From a virus (lineage: Duplodnaviria; Caudoviricetes): 33,545 bases of DNA. This document shows, in pieces, positions 15,594 through 23,650 of the stretch. Position 1 is the stretch's first letter. Every line of letters starts with the position of its first letter. Where the stretch lies: positions 1 to 33,545 of the IMG/VR virus record IMGVR_UViG_3300032327_000321, one strand, 5' to 3'. Position numbers and translations under genes: made by a program. The notes beneath the pieces are model-generated. The model searched no databases. It was not told the DNA's origin and saw nothing but the letters and a program-made list of their open reading frames with translations.

Positions 15594-17765
15594 TTATTTG
15601 TTTTTCTTTATTACTGCATTTGCAATCCATTCGTGCCTACAATGTGCTTCAATAGTTCCATTATTATTCCAAAACCCTCCAGCTGCTTTAAATACGTTAT
15701 ACCCTAATCTTTGCGAAATGTTTTGAATGTCTTTTCTGCTCCACATTCTACTAGATGAAAGTCCAACCATCTTTTTACAGAATGGTCTTGATGTCGGTAA
15801 TATATCAGCACCGCTTACATCTTTTCGCTTTTCATAAGTGTAGAATATTTCAATCTTAGGCAATTCAAATTTTGGAGTTTTTACAATTACTTTTATGATG
15901 CCACTTTCAGCACGTTCAATAATTTTATACTCGATAAACTTTTTTAAAATATCATCTATTACCTCGATAGGCTGATTTGTTGCTTGTGCTATTTCTTCAT
16001 TACTAAGTTTATTATTATTTTGTAATAAGTCTTTAACTTGCTGCTCTAAATCGTTTAATTCTATTGCAGCATCAAAAGCAAGTTGAATATCAAAACTATC
16101 ATCATCATAATAAGATGTTGACTTAATAAAGTTGTAGCCACTTCTTTCGCTGCCAAATTCTAAGAAAGCCAAATCAATATCTTTCTCATCATTTGAAAAT
16201 TTAGTATCTAAAGTAGTAGGGTTTTCATCAACTCCCAAATAATTATTGATGTCCTCATCAGTAAATCCAAAGCCTTTAAGTTGTATTGCAGCTTGTGCTT
16301 TACTTAGCTTTCCTTGTGTGAATAGTCTGCTAATTCTCATTAGTGCCTGCTGCTGCCTGCCGGTAATGTTTACAAGTGTATCATTAGTCAATGCAGTTGG
16401 TGTAGTTGCAGTAGGTGTAACTATTGGCATCCCATTTATATCTAATACAGAACTTCTAGGTTGCAAGTTTACTAGGCTTCTAATCTCATCTTCTGCCATA
16501 CTTTCAAAAACCTTATTAGCTACTAATGGGCTTAAACTATTCAAAGCATTAATAACTTGTTTCGCACCTTGACTTTGATTCACTTCAAAATATGATTTGT
16601 CAATTCCTAATTTATCAGTAATCCATTCTTTTGGTGCAACTTGTAATATGGTTGCTGAATCAAAATCAACCCCTACTGGTTCAATATCTTTTATCTTAAA
16701 CTTAGCTACTACACCATTGCATGATGCAAAGTATGACATCAAGTCTTCAAACTGCTTTTGCTTAGCAGTTGCATATGTATTTTTGAACGTATCAAATGCA
16801 ATCTTTAACTCGGTTGCACTTCCTAATTTGCCATCTTGTTGTATCCCAAATAGCAAAGGATGTGAAACAGAATGACCTGCGAAAATATTTTGAGTTATTA
16901 AATTATCTATTCTACTAAAATCTTCTTTTGTTAAATCACTAGCTCCCAAATCGTTTACTTCAGGTGCTTGCGTTTTGTCATCATTGAAAGTGATCATCAC
17001 AGTTTCACCCTCGCCACCAGTAAACTTATTCTTAACCCTTTGTTCAATGTCACGTTTTAAAGTTTCGTCTGCTGGTTGACCATTGAAAAAACTAATCATT
17101 TTTGAAGCACTAAAACCAGTCAATGCCTTAGTTAATGTAGCTTTACTAACTTCTATATCACTCTCAATCCAATTACAACAAGCAACCCAACTAGGTAGAG
17201 GATAAACTTTAACCCCTGGTCTATACTCCTTAAAATAAAATATAGTAGCTTTATCTATTATAGTTGGATTAAATGCATCGAATTTTTGTACTTTCTCTTG
17301 ATAGTCTTTCCAATCTTTTTTGTATTCAAAACTACTATTGTAATAATCAGTTCTTACATTGTTGAATGTAAGGTTAAACCAATTAAAACCACCACCCATT
17401 TTAGGAATGGCTTGCAATGCAAAACCTCCGAAAATTTCAGTATCTAAAATTGCATTTTTAGCCACTTTATTCCAGTCATCTCCGAAATCATTTGCTGCTG
17501 CTAAAAAAGATAATGCAGCAGTATTAGTTGCATCTATTGGAGCGAAACCATTGCCGAAAATATAAACTACTTTACCATTGATGATAGCACTATGCTTCGA
17601 AGATTTATTAAATAATGTTATTAAATAATCTCCATAGTCATCCTTTGCACCATACTTAACTATCCCACCAGTTAAAGGCTTTTTGAAAATAGGAATAACA
17701 CTATCAGCAAAATTAAATTTTCGCTTTACAAATTCTATTTCAGTAAAATTTTTTGTCTTAGCCAT
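15594..17765 (-). CDS. Portal protein fused to a wHTH-like domain and a MuF/gp7-like Cys/His C-terminus
   Basis: Portal-like N-terminal ~400 aa (SSKHSAIINGK..GNG, YPLP, IFAGH..PLLFGI...GKLG). C-terminal SRPFC...GGFW...HCRHEW. Confidence 0.8.
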   Translation of the reverse strand: MAKTKNFTEIEFVKRKFNFADSVIPIFKKPLTGGIVKYGAKDDYGDYLITLFNKSSKHSAIINGKVVYIFGNGFAPIDATNTAALSFLAAANDFGDDWNKVAKNAILDTEIFGGFALQAIPKMGGGFNWFNLTFNNVRTDYYNSSFEYKKDWKDYQEKVQKFDAFNPTIIDKATIFYFKEYRPGVKVYPLPSWVACCNWIESDIEVSKATLTKALTGFSASKMISFFNGQPADETLKRDIEQRVKNKFTGGEGETVMITFNDDKTQAPEVNDLGASDLTKEDFSRIDNLITQNIFAGHSVSHPLLFGIQQDGKLGSATELKIAFDTFKNTYATAKQKQFEDLMSYFASCNGVVAKFKIKDIEPVGVDFDSATILQVAPKEWITDKLGIDKSYFEVNQSQGAKQVINALNSLSPLVANKVFESMAEDEIRSLVNLQPRSSVLDINGMPIVTPTATTPTALTNDTLVNITGRQQQALMRISRLFTQGKLSKAQAAIQLKGFGFTDEDINNYLGVDENPTTLDTKFSNDEKDIDLAFLEFGSERSGYNFIKSTSYYDDDSFDIQLAFDAAIELNDLEQQVKDLLQNNNKLSNEEIAQATNQPIEVIDDILKKFIEYKIIERAESGIIKVIVKTPKFELPKIEIFYTYEKRKDVSGADILPTSRPFCKKMVGLSSSRMWSRKDIQNISQRLGYNVFKAAGGFWNNNGTIEAHCRHEWIANAVIKKNK

Positions 17766-18141
17766 TGTAACCATTGTAAGTTGTTATAGGCTGATAGCCT
17801 TTGAATATATCTGATGCTGATTTTTTTAAAACCATTTTACCACGTTCAACTAAATTAAGTCCTGTAGTATCTGTATTTGTGCTGCTTGCTTGCTCATAAA
17901 CATAGTATTGATATTGCCCTGCATCTGCTGTTGCAAATATAGTCGAACTATTGAAAGTAAATGAGTTAAATCTATTCTTAAAATTACTTGCATCATCAGA
18001 ACTATTCACAATTTTAGTAACTGTAAATTCAGGAGTAGTTGATTTGAAAACAAATAAATAGTAAGGGTTATTTAATGTCCTACTTTCTTCAAGTGTTACA
18101 ATTACAATATCTGCTGTATTATCTTTTGAAAGTACTATCAT
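17758..18141 (-). CDS. Hypothetical virion protein (Ig-like beta sandwich)
   Basis: ATG 18141 (MIVLSKD). The GTG start in the ORF track falls inside a terminator hairpin. Confidence 0.65.
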   Translation of the reverse strand: MIVLSKDNTADIVIVTLEESRTLNNPYYLFVFKSTTPEFTVTKIVNSSDDASNFKNRFNSFTFNSSTIFATADAGQYQYYVYEQASSTNTDTTGLNLVERGKMVLKKSASDIFKGYQPITTYNGYNG

Positions 18142-18176
18142 AAAAAAAAGCGTAACGTTATTATTCGCCACGCCTT
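18142..18176 (-). terminator. Intrinsic terminator after the capsid and tail tube genes
   Basis: Minus strand AGGCGTGGCG-AATAATAA-CGTTACGCT followed by a T-run. Confidence 0.7.
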
Positions 18177-18201
18177 ATTAAAATTCTAAAATATTTTATT
18201 A

Positions 18202-18720
18202 CTATGCTCCTACTGTTCCAAGTGCAGCGAAAGATGTATTATCTACTTTTGAAGCAAATACTTTCTCTTCTCCTACTAAAGTAATTTCATAACCATTTCT
18301 GTCACCTAACTTAATACCAGTCTTTGCATCAGCTTGTGTCGCTTTTAATCCGAAATCAACGCCATAAATCCAAGGAGTTCCATTATTATCAACTGCAACT
18401 GCAACTAATAAGTTTTGAAATAATAACTCCAATTCGTTACGCAAAGAAACTGATAATTTATTGATAGGGAATTTAATAGTTTGAGTTACCATATTAGTCC
18501 CATTCTCTCTACTTCCTGCTTTGCTTTCAGTAACGTCTGCTGTTTGATGTATCAACTCATACTTCCAAAACTTCTTTCCTACAGCCTTAGTAATAGTAGT
18601 TGTGATACCAGCAGTTATTGAAACTGTTACATTTGCTTTCTCAATGAAGTAAAGTTCTTTGACACCACCGAACGAATCGTTACAATCCAATGAATAATTT
18701 TGTGTTAATGCACACGCCAT
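18202..18720 (-). CDS. Major tail tube protein (putative)
   Basis: MACALT..DC..GGVK N-terminus, G..GDRNGYEITL C-terminus, size, and position in the high-expression unit. Confidence 0.65.
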   Translation of the reverse strand: MACALTQNYSLDCNDSFGGVKELYFIEKANVTVSITAGITTTITKAVGKKFWKYELIHQTADVTESKAGSRENGTNMVTQTIKFPINKLSVSLRNELELLFQNLLVAVAVDNNGTPWIYGVDFGLKATQADAKTGIKLGDRNGYEITLVGEEKVFASKVDNTSFAALGTVGA

Positions 18721-18735
18721 AATTTATATAATTAT

Positions 18736-18755
18736 GGGGAGTTGTTACACTCCCC
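18736..18755 (-). other. GC-rich hairpin after the capsid gene, without a U-tract
   Basis: Plus-strand GGGGAGT-TGTTAC-ACTCCCC, a perfect 7-bp stem. Confidence 0.65.
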
Positions 18756-18768
18756 TAGTTAGTTAATA

Positions 18769-19791
18769 TTATCCTACGTAAAGAACGTTAAACTTTTGAT
18801 TCACAACGTGAGCTGCAATAGTCATGTTGTTCTTGATGAACATATCTTCTCTGTTAAAAGCTATCTTATCAAGTTGTACTTTGTTAATGTCACTTTTCAA
18901 ATCAGTACACCAAATTAAATGTGATTTTAATGCACAGATAACTACGTTCTCAGGAGTTGGTACAAACACAATTTGTAAACCATTGAAGTAAAAGCTATCC
19001 ATATTTGGACTAATATCAAAAGGCTTTTTGAAATCAGTAGTAACATTGTTAGCTTGAATTAACATTTGCTTATGACTCTTAGGAGCATAAATCATAGGCA
19101 TTTCAGAACCAGTTAATACTACAGCGGGTATTGCTGAATACAATTTATCATATTCTGCCTTGATGTTAGAAAAAGTTATAGTTGTGCCTGCCACCTTGAT
19201 TCTTGTTCCTACTCCTGCTGTTGCAGTTGCATTTGAACTATTGTAAATCATCTTAGCAAGTACACCATCAGTTTGTGATGCTGTTAAAGCTGCTATAGCT
19301 GTTTTCTCTGCTGCTCCTACTGAAGTGTTAGCAGTACCTGCTGTTAAAGCTGCAACCGCTGTTTTTGTTGCACTTGTAACGCCAATCCAATATTCTTTCT
19401 CAGCAGCATAAGAAACTTGCTTTGCATATAAGCCACCAATAACAATTCTCTCAAATTCGTTACTAAAAACTTCCCAAGCACCTGATGGCAAATCTCTTTT
19501 GAAACGTGAGAAACGAATAGTATTAGGATCAAACTCTTGATAAAATTGAGTTTTAACTGGAGTAACTGCCACATCAAATGCAGTCAATGAACCTGCACTT
19601 GTTGGAATACCACTAGTGTAAGCTTGTAGAGTAGCTGTTGCAGTTGCTTCTGTAAAAATAGTTTCTGCTTTAACATCTTCTTCAAAAGTTACTAAACCTT
19701 TGTTAATGGTGTCATTTTGAAATAGTATTTCTTCTACTACTGGCTCGGCTGCTACGCCACGAATGTCAACGATATTGTATGAAATTGCCAT
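18769..19791 (-). CDS. Major capsid protein
   Basis: 340 aa, directly after the protease and scaffold genes, followed by a stabilising hairpin. Confidence 0.75.
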   Translation of the reverse strand: MAISYNIVDIRGVAAEPVVEEILFQNDTINKGLVTFEEDVKAETIFTEATATATLQAYTSGIPTSAGSLTAFDVAVTPVKTQFYQEFDPNTIRFSRFKRDLPSGAWEVFSNEFERIVIGGLYAKQVSYAAEKEYWIGVTSATKTAVAALTAGTANTSVGAAEKTAIAALTASQTDGVLAKMIYNSSNATATAGVGTRIKVAGTTITFSNIKAEYDKLYSAIPAVVLTGSEMPMIYAPKSHKQMLIQANNVTTDFKKPFDISPNMDSFYFNGLQIVFVPTPENVVICALKSHLIWCTDLKSDINKVQLDKIAFNREDMFIKNNMTIAAHVVNQKFNVLYVG

Positions 19792-19814
19792 TGTTTATTT
19801 GTTTTTTTTTATTA

Positions 19815-20363
19815 TTAATTTTGTTTTGAAAGTCTAAATTTTTGTAAAGGAGTAAGTGTTGAATAATCAACTACTTTCTCAACTGGTGCAACTATGCTTT
19901 TCTCGCTTAACTCAACAACTAATTCCATTAGTTCTTTGTTAGTTGTAATTGAAGCATTAAAGTTTTGCTTTTGTGAATTAATTGCAGCCTCTAAGTTTGC
20001 AATTTGTGAAGTCATTTTTGCAATAGTTGTTTGCATTTTCTTCATTTCTTCAGGAAGCATGTCCTCTGCTGGTGAACTTAACTCAACAATTTTACCAGCT
20101 GCTACTTGAACAATAGTGTTATTGTCTAAAGTATATTCGCCATCAGGTGCAGCAGTTTCGCCAATCATAACATCTCCGCCAACTACTAAATCAGAAATAC
20201 TTAATATAGTTTGACCGTCTATAGTCTTGTAGTCTGTAGCCATTTTAATTGGTTGTGGTGCTGGTGCTGGTGCTGGCATTGGTTCAGCAGCGTTAAATTT
20301 TGCAGCTAAAACCTCAAATGCTCCTTTGATTTTATCTAATTTGTCTTTTAAATTTGTACTCAT
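19815..20363 (-). CDS. Capsid scaffolding protein
   Basis: APDGEYTL..VAAGKIVE motif, PAPAP linker and coiled coil; lies between protease and capsid genes. Confidence 0.7.
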   Translation of the reverse strand: MSTNLKDKLDKIKGAFEVLAAKFNAAEPMPAPAPAPQPIKMATDYKTIDGQTILSISDLVVGGDVMIGETAAPDGEYTLDNNTIVQVAAGKIVELSSPAEDMLPEEMKKMQTTIAKMTSQIANLEAAINSQKQNFNASITTNKELMELVVELSEKSIVAPVEKVVDYSTLTPLQKFRLSKQN

Positions 20364-20371
20364 AAAATAAT

Positions 20372-21403
20372 TTATTCTACAATATAACTATCAAAGTCTT
20401 CGTTTGTTTGATTTAGAAGTGTTAAAATTTCATCGGCTGCCATTTCTGCCGTCATTTCTGTTTGTGTTGGCTTGTATTTAAACAAGCCCTCAACACTAAA
20501 CCCTTTGAATTTTCCAGCTTTGACATCGTTCCAAACTGCATCATTCTCAACATAGAACGAACCAAACCAGCTACCATTTGGTAAATCTTCAAAACCTTGC
20601 ATTGGCATAATTCCCCTTTTAGTATCGCATATAAAACTTTCAAATAAAGTCAACCCACTAACAACCGAACCACTATCATGCATTAAGTTTACATTATTCT
20701 GAAATCCTTTTTTCGCATACTTGATAGCTATCTGCTTAATTGTTTCTGCTGAAAACTTAATATAATATTCGCCTTGATCATCATTGCGATATATCGGTTT
20801 TTCTGCAATCATTAATGGTCCTGAAATAATTCGCTTATCTTCATTACTTATTGCAAAATTTTGTTGCATAAACTTTTCACCTATGCTTCCAAGTTCTTTA
20901 ACTACATCACTATTATTGTCATAGTGTTTGCTTATTCCTAATTCCTTAATCTTTTCAACTTTTGCTTTATTGCTTCCTGTTGCATAAACTTTACTTGATG
21001 CAATTCCTAACTCATTTGCTACTGATAACATTCCGTCTTTGCTATCTCTAGCAGAAATAATATAAACATCTTCGCCTTTGTCAATACATTGCTTTGCTAA
21101 TTCTTTGCCTCTAGTAGTTGAAAGTGTATCATCATAATCAAAAGAAACTTTTGCACTTGCAAAATGTTGTTCCCACATTGAATTACATATTGCTACTGCT
21201 TGCTCATTGCTTTTACCCTCATTAATAACATAGCTTATACAACGTGGTATAAAGTCTATTTGCCTTTCTCCGTTGTTAGGTTCAACAAATTGAAAAGCTA
21301 AAAAGTTTTTCTCAATAGCTGGTTTATCAACTAAGGCAACAAAGTTTACTTCGCTGTCATCGTTTATGTTTTCTGAAATCTTTAATTCGTAAATTGGTAA
21401 CAT
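20372..21403 (-). CDS. XkdF-like prohead serine protease with an inserted HAD-like domain
   Basis: VALVDKPAIE..F, then KRIISGPLMI..IYR..NLMH..ESFI..GSW..KGFSVEG. The insert carries FDYDDTL, ISAR, K and YDNN. Confidence 0.8.
   Translation of the reverse strand: MLPIYELKISENINDDSEVNFVALVDKPAIEKNFLAFQFVEPNNGERQIDFIPRCISYVINEGKSNEQAVAICNSMWEQHFASAKVSFDYDDTLSTTRGKELAKQCIDKGEDVYIISARDSKDGMLSVANELGIASSKVYATGSNKAKVEKIKELGISKHYDNNSDVVKELGSIGEKFMQQNFAISNEDKRIISGPLMIAEKPIYRNDDQGEYYIKFSAETIKQIAIKYAKKGFQNNVNLMHDSGSVVSGLTLFESFICDTKRGIMPMQGFEDLPNGSWFGSFYVENDAVWNDVKAGKFKGFSVEGLFKYKPTQTEMTAEMAADEILTLLNQTNEDFDSYIVE
20382..20413 (-). promoter_or_regulatory. Putative late promoter AATCAAACA-N13-ATAGTTATAT upstream of scaffold/capsid
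   Basis: Same bipartite motif and spacing as 28325-28356. Confidence 0.7.
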
Positions 21404-21418
21404 ATTAATTTTTTTATT

Positions 21419-21427
21419 TATATTTGC
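21419..21427 (+). promoter_or_regulatory. Bacteroidota -7 box TATATTTGC, antisense to the late operon
   Basis: Perfect TAnnTTTG, with TTG about 21-22 nt upstream. Confidence 0.6.
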
Positions 21428-21430
21428 GTT

Positions 21431-21495
21431 TCAGTTTTCATGATGTTTAAAAATTTTGGTTTAATCCCGATGTTTCTACATTGGGATTTTTTTTT
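21431..21495 (+). ncRNA. Candidate ~65-nt small RNA
   Basis: Lies between a + strand promoter box and a + strand terminator (AATCCCGATGT-TTCT-ACATTGGGATT, T9). No useful ORF; resembles 8808-8866. Confidence 0.55.
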
Positions 21496-23650
21496 ATCCT
21501 AACCTTGCAGCCCTATTTATCCTTGCTTGTCTTTCTTGATTGTCTTTAATGTCTGTATCAAGTACGAATGACCTACCAACTCCAGCACCAGCTGCATTGC
21601 CTACACCTTGAATACTTGAAGCATTTAACATAGTAGATTGTTGTTGTGGTGTTATTGGTGTTGGTAATGATGCAGCAGATGGAACACTACCACCACCACC
21701 ATTTGGAACTTGAACAGCTAAAATTTTCTTTACTTGTGCAATACCACTAGCAACTGCTAAAGCTGCATTTATTGGTGCTAATACTGGACCTATAAATGGA
21801 ATACCAACTGTTGATTCATACGCTTTTTGAGCAGCGGAGAAAGTTGATATAGTTGTTGATGCTATTGCTAAAGCTTTTCCTGCTCCTGTTGCCTCGCCTA
21901 ATAATTGACTAATTGCATTTAATGAACTTGCTGCTGCATCTGCTGCTTGTGTAGTTGCATCTATTTTAGCCTTTGCTAAATCCTTTTCACTTTTAGCAAT
22001 ACCAATATTAATTATATCAGCTTGTGTTGCATATTTTTGTTTTATTCCTGTAGTGTCTAAACCTCCTGCTTCTGCTGCTGCTATTTCTGCATCTCTCTTT
22101 GCATTAATAGCTTCTATTTGTGCTGCTGCTTCCTGTTTAGCTAATTCAATTACTCTTTGTGTTTTTGTAAACGTATCCAATTTCTCAAATTCCAAAGCAG
22201 CTTTTTTTGCATTGAATATTGATAAACTATTTTCTATTTCAGCGTTTTTAATATCAGCTAAACGCTTCTTTTTTATATCATCTATTTGATTAGATAATTG
22301 ATTTGCTTGTATATCTAATTCATTCTTTTTTTCATTGTATGCAATTTCAGCATCTACCCTTGCTTGCGTTCCAAGTTTAGTATTATTTATTAAATCATTT
22401 AATCTACTTAATTCATCTATTGCTTCACTTTCATTTATTTGTTTTAATACTTCTGTTTTATGCAATTCATCTTTTATACTATCAGCATTAGCTTTTAATC
22501 TTTCATAGTTTATTTTGCTTTCACTTTCGCCTGTAGCTTTTAGCATTGCATCATACTCTTTCATTAAAGAATTACGATTTACTAATTGCTCACTTTCAAA
22601 TCCAGAAACTGTAGCTAATACTCCTTTTCTTTCATTTTGTGCTGCTATTAATGCTTTTTGTAATTCAATGCTTGATGTATTAGATTGTAATTCACTAGCT
22701 GCTGCTGCTATTTTAGTATCAGCAAGTGCTAACATCGTTTTTTGTTGTTCTTTCAATACATCCCCTAACTTATTATTTGCTGCTATTCTTTCAGTAATTG
22801 ATTTACTATCATCATCTCTTATTTGTCTTAACTTTTCTGCTTGTCTATCATATTCCTCAACTAAACCTTTTAATCTTTCTTCAGCTAATGCTGCATTATT
22901 TTTTAGTTGAATAGTTACTTTACTTTGCTCATAAATCGCACCTACACTTATTTTACTTGCTTCTTTTACAACACCACTAACTACACTAGTCACTTCTGTA
23001 GCTGCTTTACCTAAATTAGTAGCTACGCTAATACCTGCATTTAATGCTTCTTTTGCAGTATCAGCTAAAGCTTGTTTTGTTTCAGCTATTCCTTTATTTA
23101 ATCCTTCTGTTTTTTGTTTATTTTTATCTCCAAAAAAACTATTTTCCCAAGCTAATTGTGCTTCTTGAATTACTAATTTAATTGCAAAAAATGAAACCTT
23201 AATAGGAGTTAATGCTATTGTTAGCAATCCCATCATAACAGCTTTTAACCCCTCAAACCCATTTGATGATTTACTAACACTATCAGTTACAGAAATAACT
23301 ATATCAATCAATTTATTTATGACTGTTGATATAGTTGTAAATACAGCACCTACTGCATCTGCAACTTTTTGATTTTTCATAAAAGTTTCTTTTAGAAACT
23401 CAAATGCAGATGTAATAAGTGAAACTACACCTAAAGCTTTCACAGCAGTTCCAAGACTTCCAAAAATACCACTTGCCGATTTGCTTTCTTTTCCTGTTGA
23501 TGATAATGTGTCTTTAAGTTTGCCAAAATTGTCATCCGTCTTATTTCCAACTTTTCCAGCATTGTCTAATGATTTACTAAAATTATTAACTCCTTTTGTT
23601 GCATCACTAGCATCCGCACTTATCCTCGCTTTTATTTCTATGTCTGCCAT
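21494..23650 (-). CDS. Tape measure protein
   Basis: 718 aa, Ala/Lys/Glu-rich helical coiled coil with hydrophobic glycine-rich segments near both ends. Confidence 0.8.
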   Translation of the reverse strand: MADIEIKARISADASDATKGVNNFSKSLDNAGKVGNKTDDNFGKLKDTLSSTGKESKSASGIFGSLGTAVKALGVVSLITSAFEFLKETFMKNQKVADAVGAVFTTISTVINKLIDIVISVTDSVSKSSNGFEGLKAVMMGLLTIALTPIKVSFFAIKLVIQEAQLAWENSFFGDKNKQKTEGLNKGIAETKQALADTAKEALNAGISVATNLGKAATEVTSVVSGVVKEASKISVGAIYEQSKVTIQLKNNAALAEERLKGLVEEYDRQAEKLRQIRDDDSKSITERIAANNKLGDVLKEQQKTMLALADTKIAAAASELQSNTSSIELQKALIAAQNERKGVLATVSGFESEQLVNRNSLMKEYDAMLKATGESESKINYERLKANADSIKDELHKTEVLKQINESEAIDELSRLNDLINNTKLGTQARVDAEIAYNEKKNELDIQANQLSNQIDDIKKKRLADIKNAEIENSLSIFNAKKAALEFEKLDTFTKTQRVIELAKQEAAAQIEAINAKRDAEIAAAEAGGLDTTGIKQKYATQADIINIGIAKSEKDLAKAKIDATTQAADAAASSLNAISQLLGEATGAGKALAIASTTISTFSAAQKAYESTVGIPFIGPVLAPINAALAVASGIAQVKKILAVQVPNGGGGSVPSAASLPTPITPQQQSTMLNASSIQGVGNAAGAGVGRSFVLDTDIKDNQERQARINRAARLG

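Noticed and set aside
20255-20277. (TGGTGC)n short repeat
   Set aside because: It encodes the PAPAPAP linker of the scaffold protein.
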